A stretch of 15,432 bases of DNA from Candidatus Fraserbacteria bacterium (GCA_037443265.1 JBBIOR010000028.1:1-15432); one strand, 5' to 3'. Shown: positions 7,304 to 15,319, numbered from the stretch's first letter. The notes: generated by a model not told the origin, from the sequence alone. Program-made: numbers and translations.

Positions 7304-7956
7304 GCAAATTCCGGTGGGTTGGCTACCTCCGGGGCCTGGCGGAGACGTTCGTCCTCAAATTTTATGGCCTGCTGGGACCTCGGGTCTTCTCGTCCAGATA
7401 TTTTGAGTTCCGCTATCGCATGAGAAGGGATCCTTGGGGCTACGAGATCAGCCCGTACGAGCAGAGGAAATACCAGCAGACGCTCTCGATCCTCCCGCGG
7501 GCGGGCTATGAGCGGGCGTTGGAAGTCGGCTGCAGCATCGGGGTCTTTACAGAGAAGCTGGCCGAAAGTGGGCTGGTGCGCGAGATCGTCGGAGTAGACA
7601 TCTCGGAGGCCGCGCTCGAGCGGGCCAGACAGCGCCTGGCCCGTTTTGAGAAGGTGCGGCTTCTGCGTCAGGACATCATCCGTGATGCCCTGGAAGGCCC
7701 GTTCGATCTGATCTTCTGTGCGGAAATTCTCTATTATCTGGGCACAAAGAATCTGAAGATCGTAAGGGAAAAGCTGCTGGCCGCCTTGGGCGAAGGCGGG
7801 CATTTGATCTTAGTCAATCCGTGGCCTCTGGCCCGCGCCATCCGAGCGCAATTCTTAAGCCGCCCTGAGCTCGTGCTCATCCAAGAAGACATCGAGCAAA
7901 AGACCCATCGACCCTACGCGATCACCTTGCTGGAGAAGAGGCTCAAAGTCCGCTGA
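7300..7956 (+). CDS. Class I SAM-dependent methyltransferase, NodS-like
   Basis: DPWGY..S.YE.RKY, ALEVGCSIG SAM motif, GVDIS..AL..AR and FDLI.CAEILYYL. ATGA overlap with the upstream gene. Confidence 0.88.
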   Translation: MSKFRWVGYLRGLAETFVLKFYGLLGPRVFSSRYFEFRYRMRRDPWGYEISPYEQRKYQQTLSILPRAGYERALEVGCSIGVFTEKLAESGLVREIVGVDISEAALERARQRLARFEKVRLLRQDIIRDALEGPFDLIFCAEILYYLGTKNLKIVREKLLAALGEGGHLILVNPWPLARAIRAQFLSRPELVLIQEDIEQKTHRPYAITLLEKRLKVR

Positions 7957-8125
7957 GGAAGCCCCGCAGCAGCAGAGCTGCCGCCACGATGTTGCCCACT
8001 CCGGCCAGCGCCATCCAGAAGAGCTCGCGCTCTGTGTATTCCAACTCCTGGCGCGGAGCAATCAGGCCCAAAAGGCCAAAAGCTGTGAAGAGGAGCCCGA
8101 TGATGCCAAAGACAATCGTCCCCAA
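7943..8125 (-). CDS. Small two-TM membrane protein (start uncertain; frame open up to 8146)
   Basis: Two clear hydrophobic helices separated by a charged loop. It fills the gap between genes, but the TTG start lacks an SD. Confidence 0.6.
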   Translation of the reverse strand: MGTIVFGIIGLLFTAFGLLGLIAPRQELEYTERELFWMALAGVGNIVAAALLLRGFLSGL

Positions 8126-8146
8126 AAGATAGATGACGTTAATGGC

Positions 8147-8674
8147 TCATCCCCCCCCCTTGTCGGTCTGGATGAAGTAGCGTCTCCCCTCTTTTCGAAT
8201 GCGCCCGAGCTTGAGGAGCTCGTTGGCCGCGCCCGTGAGCCGCCTCCACTCCACCTCCATCTCACGGGCGATCTCCACCAGCGTGAGTCCCTCAGGGTGG
8301 TCCTCCAGCACCTCTGAGATCCGCCTAAGTTGCTCTTGGAATTCCGTGAGCAGCTGATGCGCAACGGGCTTGCTGGCCGGGCTCGCAACGGTCCCGACCA
8401 TCGTACTCGGAGCCTGCGCCCAGTAAAGGACCGACGCAGGCACCCAGAGCGGCAGAGCGCCGAGCACGAACCAGTAGCTGGAGATGGCCCAATCCGGCAC
8501 GAGAAGCCCCACAATTTGCAAGAGGATGGCAATGAGCAGCAGGACCGTGCTGGCCTGCACACGCGCAGCGAACAATTTGGTGCGATCCACGCTCAGCAAC
8601 AGCAGCATAGCTGAGATTTCGCACGTAAGGCCCGTAAAGAGCAAGAACACATTCAATTTCCATAAGGACTCCAT
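8147..8674 (-). CDS. Membrane protein (3 predicted TM helices) with C-terminal winged helix-turn-helix-like domain
   Basis: AAAGGGGG SD before ATG. Three hydrophobic segments are followed by ISEVLEDHPEGLTLVEIAREMEVEWRRLTGAANELLKLGRIRKEGRRYF, a wHTH pattern. Confidence 0.75.
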   Translation of the reverse strand: MESLWKLNVFLLFTGLTCEISAMLLLLSVDRTKLFAARVQASTVLLLIAILLQIVGLLVPDWAISSYWFVLGALPLWVPASVLYWAQAPSTMVGTVASPASKPVAHQLLTEFQEQLRRISEVLEDHPEGLTLVEIAREMEVEWRRLTGAANELLKLGRIRKEGRRYFIQTDKGGG

Positions 8675-8741
8675 CCCTGAACCCCCTTTGCTGGAGCGCG
8701 AGACGAAGATATTCTATAGACCCACTTGGAGCAAGCGTCTC

Positions 8742-9842
8742 TCATAGGCGTATCAATTCCCTGGGAAAGCGCGTGAGCGTCTCTGCGCCTTCCGTTGTGA
8801 TGAGCATGACGTCCTCAAGGCGCACGCCTCCTTTGCCCGGCAAGTAGATCCCTGGCTCGACGGTGAAGACCTGGCCGGGCTGAAGTTCTTGCTCGTTGCC
8901 CCCGATGATGTACGGCGGCTCGTGCACTTCTAGGCCCAAGCCATGCCCTGTGCGATGGATGAAATATCTCCCGTAGCCGGCGCGTTCGATCACCTGCCGC
9001 GCCGCGCGGTCGACCTCTTGGACCGCAACGCCCGGCCGGCAGGCCTCCCGCCCTGCGGCATTGGCTTCTTTCACGATCTTATAGATCTCTTCGAGCTCAG
9101 GGTCGAGTCGCCCCATAGCGACATTGCGGGTGATGTCTCCCAGGTAGCCTCCCCAGCTGGCTCCACAGTCGAGGGTGACAATGTCGCCCGGCTGGATGGC
9201 CCGCTCTCCCGCTGAGGCGTGGGGCGAGCCACTATTGGGGCCGGAGACCACAATGGGCTCAAAGGAGACGCCTTCGCCTCCGGCTTCCAACAGCTCCCGC
9301 TGATAGACCTGGGCGATCGCTCTCTCGCTCACCCCTGGACGAATGGCTCGGATCGTCTTCGCGAGAACGCTTTCCGTAAGTTCAAGAGCCTGGCGCAAGA
9401 GCCGGATCTCGCTGTCATCTTTGATCATGCGTAGCTCCTCCATCGCGCCGTCCAGCTCCACCCGACGACAATCCGCAAGATGCCTCTTAAGCTGCTTAAG
9501 CTCCAGCAGGCGCATCTGCCGGAGCTCCACACCCAGGGTTTTCCCCTTAAGCTCAAGATCGCGCACAAGCTGAGAGAGAGCTTGATCTGGGCCCTCTTCA
9601 TCACCATAGCTATAGAGCTTCGCTTCTGCTTTGAGGGCCTGCTCGGCTTGAGGCACCTCCAGCAGAGGCAAGAGCAGAGCCGGCTCTCGATCCAGGGGGA
9701 TGAACGCCAGGGTGATACGCTCGCTTGGCTTCAGGCACAGCCCTGTGAGATAGCGCAGATTCGGGCCGGGGACGATCACAGCACAATCGATCTTGCGCCG
9801 TTTAAGCTCCCTCTGCAATCTCTCATGGCGCGCTTGGTGCAT
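8742..9842 (-). CDS. pepQ: Xaa-Pro peptidase, M24B family (aminopeptidase P / prolidase)
   Basis: Creatinase-like N-terminal domain (NLRYLTG). Metal-ligand motifs D.G....GY.GDITR, HRTGHGLGLEVHE, TVEPGIY and GVRLED. ATG 9842 is preferred as start. Confidence 0.92.
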   Translation of the reverse strand: MHQARHERLQRELKRRKIDCAVIVPGPNLRYLTGLCLKPSERITLAFIPLDREPALLLPLLEVPQAEQALKAEAKLYSYGDEEGPDQALSQLVRDLELKGKTLGVELRQMRLLELKQLKRHLADCRRVELDGAMEELRMIKDDSEIRLLRQALELTESVLAKTIRAIRPGVSERAIAQVYQRELLEAGGEGVSFEPIVVSGPNSGSPHASAGERAIQPGDIVTLDCGASWGGYLGDITRNVAMGRLDPELEEIYKIVKEANAAGREACRPGVAVQEVDRAARQVIERAGYGRYFIHRTGHGLGLEVHEPPYIIGGNEQELQPGQVFTVEPGIYLPGKGGVRLEDVMLITTEGAETLTRFPRELIRL

Positions 9843-9848
9843 ACAATG

Positions 9849-9877
9849 AATATAGAAGGCACGTGCAGGCAAGTCAA
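9849..9877 (-). promoter_or_regulatory. Putative sigma70 promoter giving leaderless pepQ mRNA
   Basis: TTGACT (9877-9872), 17 nt, TATATT (9854-9849), then 6 nt to ATG 9842. No SD. Confidence 0.7.
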
Positions 9878-9926
9878 TCCGTTTCGTCTGCGATCTTGTG
9901 CTCCGGAAGAGAGCTGATATCCGTCA

Positions 9927-9956
9927 TTGAACCCCACAGGGGCGGCGCTCTATAGT
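9927..9956 (+). promoter_or_regulatory. Putative sigma70 promoter of the fumarase/aspartase gene
   Basis: TTGAAC (9927-9932), 18 nt, TATAGT (9951-9956). AAGGAG RBS at 9966-9971. Confidence 0.6.
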
Positions 9957-9976
9957 GACAGGACGAAGGAGTGTTT

Positions 9977-11356
9977 ATGGAGTATCGCCTAGATCACGAC
10001 TCTCTGGGGGATGTTCCGGTCCCGCAAGAGGCCTATTGGGGGCCTCAGACTCAGCGGGCGATCGAAAATTTTCCGATTAGCGGCCTTAGGCTTCAGCCGG
10101 TGTTCGTGCGTGCTCAAGCCATCATCAAGCGGGCCTGTGCCAAGGCGAACCTGGAGCTGGGCCAGCTTGATAGGGCAATCGCCAACGCGATCGTAAAAGC
10201 CTGTGAGGAGATCCTCGACGGAAAGCTCCTCGATCAGTTCGTGGTGGACGTCTATCAAGCTGGGGCCGGCACCTCTCAAAATATGAACGCCAATGAAGTC
10301 ATCGCCAATCGGGCCATCGAGATCCTGGGAGGCCAGAAGGGCGATTATAAACGGGTGCATCCGAATGATCACGTGAATCGTGGCCAGTCTACCAACGACA
10401 CTATCCCCACGGCCCTGCACATTGCTGCTCTGGAAGAGATCACTCATAAGCTCCTGCCGGCCCTGGGAGGACTCGAGAAGGCCCTGCGACAGAAGGCCCG
10501 GGAGTTTGATCCTATCATCAAAGCGGGACGGACTCATCTACAAGACGCCGTGCCCATGAGATTGGGCCAGGAGTTCGGAGCCTACGCCCGCATGATGGAG
10601 CTGGGCATCGAGCGGGTCAAGCAGGCCTCGGAAGGACTCAAAGAACTGGCCATCGGCGGAAACGCCGTGGGCACGGGGATCAACACGCCCCGGGGCTACA
10701 AAGAACTGGCCGTAAGATACATCAACGAGGTCACGAAGCTCGATTTCCGTCCGGCAGCGGATCCCTTCGAGGCCATTCAGAATCGCGATGCTGTGGTTCA
10801 TGTCTCAGGGGCGCTGCGCACGGTGGCGACGAGTCTGATCAAGGTTGCCGACGATTTGAGATTATTGGCGTCCGGGCCCAAGACGGGCTTGGGCGAGATT
10901 ATGCTGCCGGCTATCCAACCCGGAAGCTCGATCATGCCCGGCAAAGTGAATCCCGTGCTGGCCGAGATGCTCAACATGGTCTGCTACGCCGTCTTGGGAT
11001 GCGATCAGGTCGTCTCTCGTGCCGGACAGGCTGGGCAGCTTGAGCTCAACGTGATGATGCCCGTGATGGCGTATTATCTATTGCACGCGATCGAAATACT
11101 GACCAATGGCGTGAAGGCGTTCACGGAACGGTGCGTGCGTGGCATCGTGGCCAACGAAGACATCTGCCGGCGCTACGCCGAGAGCACGCCTCAGGTGGTG
11201 ACGGCGCTCAGTCCCTACATCGGGTACGAGAAGGCCGCGGAAGTGCTGAAAGAAGCGCTCGCAAAGGACAAGACGATCCGCGAGGTCGTGCTGGGGAAGA
11301 AGCTCCTTCCCAAAGAGAAGCTGGACGAAGCGCTGGATCTAAGAAAGCTCACGTAG
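9977..11356 (+). CDS. Class II fumarate hydratase / aspartate ammonia-lyase family protein
   Basis: Signature GSSIMPGKVNPV, with GRTHLQDA, HPNDHVN.GQSTND and YWGPQTQRA..NF. FumC versus AspA is not resolved. Confidence 0.92.
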   Translation: MEYRLDHDSLGDVPVPQEAYWGPQTQRAIENFPISGLRLQPVFVRAQAIIKRACAKANLELGQLDRAIANAIVKACEEILDGKLLDQFVVDVYQAGAGTSQNMNANEVIANRAIEILGGQKGDYKRVHPNDHVNRGQSTNDTIPTALHIAALEEITHKLLPALGGLEKALRQKAREFDPIIKAGRTHLQDAVPMRLGQEFGAYARMMELGIERVKQASEGLKELAIGGNAVGTGINTPRGYKELAVRYINEVTKLDFRPAADPFEAIQNRDAVVHVSGALRTVATSLIKVADDLRLLASGPKTGLGEIMLPAIQPGSSIMPGKVNPVLAEMLNMVCYAVLGCDQVVSRAGQAGQLELNVMMPVMAYYLLHAIEILTNGVKAFTERCVRGIVANEDICRRYAESTPQVVTALSPYIGYEKAAEVLKEALAKDKTIREVVLGKKLLPKEKLDEALDLRKLT

Positions 11357-11843
11357 CTTGGCCCTCCTGCCTCTCAGGGGAGATCTCAAGAAACGGGTTG
11401 ATGGGGCGCCCTTCAAAGAGGGGCAGGGCGATCTCAAAGTGCAAGGTCCGAAGGGCCTCACGCTGGCCGGGCCAGACGAACGCTCGTAAGATCTCCTCGA
11501 GCTTCATCCAGCGATAGTCGTCGTGTTCAGCGCCGAGCGCGATCGGGCCCTTGAGCTGCGCGGCAAAGCAGGGAACCAGTTCCACGGTGTCGATCTCGGC
11601 GACGTAAAATTGCTCGATAAAATCAAGACTCCAAAAGCCAATGGGGGTAAGCCCGGTCTCTTCGCCTACTTCGCGCCAGGCCGCCTGCACGGCCGTCTCT
11701 GCCGGATCGATTCTGCCGTGCACGGCCTGCCAGGTGTCTCCCAGATCAAGTCCCTGGCGCCGATGCAGAGCAAGATATTCAGGCCCCTCTTTGGCCAATC
11801 GGAAAGCATAGACGCTGACGGTGCGGACTTCGATCTTGGGCAT
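11349..11843 (-). CDS. Nudix hydrolase (NudB/dATP pyrophosphohydrolase-like)
   Basis: Nudix box GRIDPAETAVQAAWREVGEETGL, preceded by WQ.V.G and followed by EHDDYRW. Confidence 0.88.
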   Translation of the reverse strand: MPKIEVRTVSVYAFRLAKEGPEYLALHRRQGLDLGDTWQAVHGRIDPAETAVQAAWREVGEETGLTPIGFWSLDFIEQFYVAEIDTVELVPCFAAQLKGPIALGAEHDDYRWMKLEEILRAFVWPGQREALRTLHFEIALPLFEGRPINPFLEISPERQEGQAT

Positions 11844-11850
11844 CAGAAAG

Positions 11851-12135
11851 TTATTTTAAGCTCCGGATGAACTCGTCGATAGGGATGGCAGCCAGAGTCG
11901 TGATCTTGACGCTTCCGCGCGCTCCCAGCTCGACCGAGACGCGTGCGACCGTCTCGTTATCGGGCGCCTCCACGATCGTGAGGAAGTCATACGGCCCCAA
12001 AAGCGCGTATTGAGCGACGATCTTGGCCCCTAAATTTTCGACTTCTTTGTTGACCTCACGGATGCGTCCCGGCCGCTTCTTGATCGTCTCGGCCCCTTCG
12101 TCCGTAAGAGCACTCAGGAGGATGTACGTAGGCAT
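11851..12135 (-). CDS. GYD domain-containing protein
   Basis: MPTYILL...T.EG...IK..P.R and Y..LGPYD...I.EAPD pattern. AAAGGAGG RBS. Confidence 0.88.
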   Translation of the reverse strand: MPTYILLSALTDEGAETIKKRPGRIREVNKEVENLGAKIVAQYALLGPYDFLTIVEAPDNETVARVSVELGARGSVKITTLAAIPIDEFIRSLK

Positions 12136-12150
12136 GAGCGCCTCCTTTCT

Positions 12151-12930
12151 CTAAAATCCCATGATATGATAGCCGGCATCGACATAGATGATCTCTCCCG
12201 TGATGCCGCTAGAGAGATCGCTGAGCAGAAAGAGCGCCGCCTTGGCCACTTCCTCATGGGTGATATTGCGCTTGAGCGGCGCGCGCTGTTCGTACACATG
12301 CAAGATGCTCGTAAAGCCGGGGACGCCGCGGGCCGAGAGCGTCGAGAGCGGACCGGCCGAGATGCCATTGACCCGTATCTTTTTCGGCCCCAGTTCATAA
12401 GCCAGCTGACGGATGATCTGCTGCAGGGCGGCCTTGGCCGTGCCCATGACGTTGTAGGTCGGAACTGCCCGCTCGGCCGCAAGATACGTCAGGGCGATCA
12501 TGCTGCCACCGCCTGCCTTCTCCATCAGGGGCAGCGCCAGCCGGGCCATGGGGATGAGCGAGTACGCGCTCACGTCCAGGGCCGTGCGAAAGCCCCCTCG
12601 CGAAGTCTTGAAGAACTCCCGCTCGAATTCTTCGGCAGGCGCGAAGGCCACGCTGTGTACTAAGAAATCGAGCCTGCCGAATTGATGCGAAATCTCGCCA
12701 AAGACGGCCTCCAGCTCTTCGTCGCGGGTCACATCGCAGGGGAGAAGCAACGAGTCTGCAAGCGGGTAGACCAGCTCCTCCACTTTGGGCTTGATGCGTT
12801 CATCTTGATATGTAAAGGCCAAGCGGGCTCCAGCTTGATGGAGAACCTGAGCGATAGCCCATGCAATGCTCCGCTTGTTGGCCACTCCAAAGATCAGTCC
12901 CGCCTTGCCTTGAAGATCAATGGGATACAC
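12151..12930 (-). CDS. fabI: Enoyl-[acyl-carrier-protein] reductase (NADH)
   Basis: GVANKRSIAWAIA, LVHSVAFAP, SAYSL, catalytic Y-NVMG-AK and RVNGISAGP. Confidence 0.96.
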   Translation of the reverse strand: MYPIDLQGKAGLIFGVANKRSIAWAIAQVLHQAGARLAFTYQDERIKPKVEELVYPLADSLLLPCDVTRDEELEAVFGEISHQFGRLDFLVHSVAFAPAEEFEREFFKTSRGGFRTALDVSAYSLIPMARLALPLMEKAGGGSMIALTYLAAERAVPTYNVMGTAKAALQQIIRQLAYELGPKKIRVNGISAGPLSTLSARGVPGFTSILHVYEQRAPLKRNITHEEVAKAALFLLSDLSSGITGEIIYVDAGYHIMGF

Positions 12931-12964
12931 TCACTGGCAACCCCCTTCGTCCAGAGTCCCCAAG

Positions 12965-12994
12965 ACTGTACGCTGTAAGGGGGCTCCAATGCAA
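12965..12994 (-). promoter_or_regulatory. Putative sigma70 promoter of fabI-GYD-Nudix
   Basis: TTGCAT (12994-12989), 18 nt, TACAGT (12970-12965). Confidence 0.5.
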
Positions 12995-13003
12995 GTGCGC
13001 CTC

Positions 13004-13032
13004 TTGTCTCCAACGCTCGCTTGGGCTATGCT
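13004..13032 (+). promoter_or_regulatory. Putative sigma70 promoter of aspS
   Basis: TTGTCT (13004-13009), 17 nt, TATGCT (13027-13032). Confidence 0.55.
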
Positions 13033-13049
13033 GGTGGCCGTGAGCCACC

Positions 13050-14354
13050 ATGGGCCTGCGGCGGACATGGATCAGCGACGTGAGGAGACACATCGGTGAA
13101 CGGATCTTGCTCAAGGGCTGGGTGCATACCGTGCGCGCCATCGGGAAGCTCGTCTTCATCGTGCTAAGGGACCGCACCGGCTTTGTACAAACGAAGCTCA
13201 AAGGCCAGAAGGAGTTAGCTATCCAGCTCCAAGAAGAAGCAGCACTCAAACTTATCGGGACGGTCATTCCAGATCCGCGCGCACCCGATGGCGTAGAAGT
13301 CGACATCGAGGAGCTTAAGATCCTAAGCGCGCCTGTCGAGCCTCCTCCCCTCCAGATCAATCGCCCTCTGGGAGTCATCGGGATGCGCTTGGAGACGGCT
13401 CTCAATCACCGGACTCTCAGCCTGCGGCACCCGGAGATCGGCTCGGTCTTCAAGGTGCGGGCCGAGCTCATCTGGGCCTTTCGAGAGTTCTTGAGGAGTC
13501 AGGGTTTTCTAGAGGTCCAGACGCCCAAGATCGTGGCCGCCGGCACCGAGGGGGGCACGGCCCTCTTCCCCGTGCAATATTTTGAAAGAACGGCCTATCT
13601 GGCGCAGAGTCCGCAGTTTTACAAGCAGATGCTCGTGGGCGCAGGCTACGAGCGCGTCTATGAAGTGGGCCCGGTGTATCGGGCGGAAGAGCACAACACC
13701 GCACGACACTTGAACGAATATATCAGCCTCGATTATGAGATGGGCTTTATCGACGATTTTCGAGAGATCACGCAACTGGAGACGGAGCTTCTCCGCTTCA
13801 TGTTCGAGCACATTCAAAGAGCCTGCCCCAAGGAGCTGGAGCTCTATAAGATCGAGATGCCGAAGGTGCCCAAAGAGATTCCCCATTTGAAGCTCTCCGA
13901 GGCCGCAGCCATCTTGAAGGAGCGCTACAACAAGCTTGTTGATGGGGATCTCGATCCCGAGGGCGAGAAGCTGCTCTGCGAGTATGCCAAGAAAGAGCTG
14001 GGCTCCGAGTTCGTGTTCGTGACGCACTATCCCAAGGCGAAGCGCCCGATGTACGCCATGCCCAATGAAGAAGATCCTGCGCTTACGAACAGCTTCGATC
14101 TGCTCTATAAGGGCTTAGAGATCACGACGGGGGGCCAGCGTATCCATCAATATGACATGCTGGTGGAGGGCATCGAGAGCCGCGGGCTCAATCCCAAAGA
14201 TTTCGAGTTCTATCTGGAGATCTTCAAGTATGGAATGCCGCCCCACGGTGGGCTGGCGATTGGCGCCGAGCGCCTGACCGCCCAGCTGTTAAATCTCTCC
14301 AACGTGCGCGAGGCGAGCTTCTTCCCCAGGGATCGGACCCGGCTTGTGCCCTAG
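13050..14354 (+). CDS. aspS: Aspartate--tRNA(Asp/Asn) ligase, archaeal-type non-discriminating AspRS
   Basis: OB-fold N-terminus (GWVH..R..G...F..LRDRTG), LAQSPQFYKQ, motif 2 YRAEEHNTARHLNEY and motif 3 GMPPHGGLAIGAERL. At 434 aa it has no bacterial GAD insertion. Confidence 0.95.
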   Translation: MGLRRTWISDVRRHIGERILLKGWVHTVRAIGKLVFIVLRDRTGFVQTKLKGQKELAIQLQEEAALKLIGTVIPDPRAPDGVEVDIEELKILSAPVEPPPLQINRPLGVIGMRLETALNHRTLSLRHPEIGSVFKVRAELIWAFREFLRSQGFLEVQTPKIVAAGTEGGTALFPVQYFERTAYLAQSPQFYKQMLVGAGYERVYEVGPVYRAEEHNTARHLNEYISLDYEMGFIDDFREITQLETELLRFMFEHIQRACPKELELYKIEMPKVPKEIPHLKLSEAAAILKERYNKLVDGDLDPEGEKLLCEYAKKELGSEFVFVTHYPKAKRPMYAMPNEEDPALTNSFDLLYKGLEITTGGQRIHQYDMLVEGIESRGLNPKDFEFYLEIFKYGMPPHGGLAIGAERLTAQLLNLSNVREASFFPRDRTRLVP

Positions 14355-14358
14355 CGTT

Positions 14359-14937
14359 CTACAGGGGCTTGCGGAGGAGGAAGGCGAGCAGCGCTTCGGC
14401 TAAGCCCTTCGGATCCAGAGACTCTCCCTGATGCCTCACATGCTCGACCACGTGGCCGAGAGCTCCATAGAGGGCCACGGACAGCAGCTCCGTCGGCCAG
14501 GAGGGATCAATCAACTTGGCCGCTTGAGAGGCGACTAGCACCTCGCTGAGCGTGCGGACCAGCTGCTGCCTGAGGCGACGGACTGTGCTGGCCCGAAGAC
14601 CCGAGCCGGGCTGCCAAGCGGTGAGAAGCGCCCTAAGGCGCTCAGGTTGGCCGGTGATCCAGTAGGCCAGACTGTGAAGCGTTCGACGGAGTTGCTCTTC
14701 GGGTGCGGCCCCAGGCGCGGTAAGTGCCGTATGAATGCGCTTGAGCTCAGCTTCCAGAGCGCGTTGTAGCAGCTGATCCTTGCTGTCGAAGTGATAATAA
14801 ATAGTCCCCTTGGCCACCCCGGCCCGCCGGGCGATGTCATCCATAGAGACCTGTGGTCCCTTCGACGCTAGCAATTCCAGGGTGGCCTGCAACAGCCGTT
14901 CTCGGGCGGAGTCTGCCTTCCTCCTCCTTGGGAGCAC
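14359..14937 (-). CDS. TetR/AcrR family transcriptional regulator
   Basis: RERLLQATLELLASKG...SMDDIARRAGVAKGTIYYHFDSKDQLL HTH. GAGGA before the GTG start. Confidence 0.95.
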   Translation of the reverse strand: MLPRRRKADSARERLLQATLELLASKGPQVSMDDIARRAGVAKGTIYYHFDSKDQLLQRALEAELKRIHTALTAPGAAPEEQLRRTLHSLAYWITGQPERLRALLTAWQPGSGLRASTVRRLRQQLVRTLSEVLVASQAAKLIDPSWPTELLSVALYGALGHVVEHVRHQGESLDPKGLAEALLAFLLRKPL

Positions 14938-14946
14938 ACTAGTTCC

Positions 14947-15303
14947 TCATCGGGATTTCTCTGGGGCCAGCGCGCCCCACAGCCCTAAGGCCGCACCCAG
15001 TATACCCGTGATGACGTCGTTCCACAGCGCGGCTGTAGCGCCAGAGAACCCCAAGATGAACGGCGATAGCAGGAGCCAGATTCCGACAACAACCACGCCC
15101 CAATAGACTTGAGGCTGTTGTCCCAAGTACGCCCAAAGGGCTAAAACAGCTAGGAGCGCCCCTGCAATCAGGTTGTTCCAGAGCGCTGTGCCGCTGCTGG
15201 AGAACCCCAAAAGAAAGGGGGATAGGAAGACCCACGCTCCCACGATCACGTTGAGCCACGCCGGCCAAGGAAGGAGCTTCCTCTCTGAGACTCCAGTTGC
15301 CAT
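14947..15303 (-). CDS. SPW repeat-containing membrane protein (118 aa)
   Basis: Two repeats of W....G.W..LSPF.LGFS....ALWN..I.G. AAGGAGGT RBS before ATG 15303. Confidence 0.88.
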   Translation of the reverse strand: MATGVSERKLLPWPAWLNVIVGAWVFLSPFLLGFSSSGTALWNNLIAGALLAVLALWAYLGQQPQVYWGVVVVGIWLLLSPFILGFSGATAALWNDVITGILGAALGLWGALAPEKSR

Positions 15304-15319
15304 AGGCACCTCCTTTTCG

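Noticed and set aside
8062..8562. 166-aa alternative-frame ORF overlapping the TM-wHTH gene
   Set aside because: Arg/Ser/Cys-rich non-protein-like composition. The 8147-8674 frame has the SD and coherent domains.
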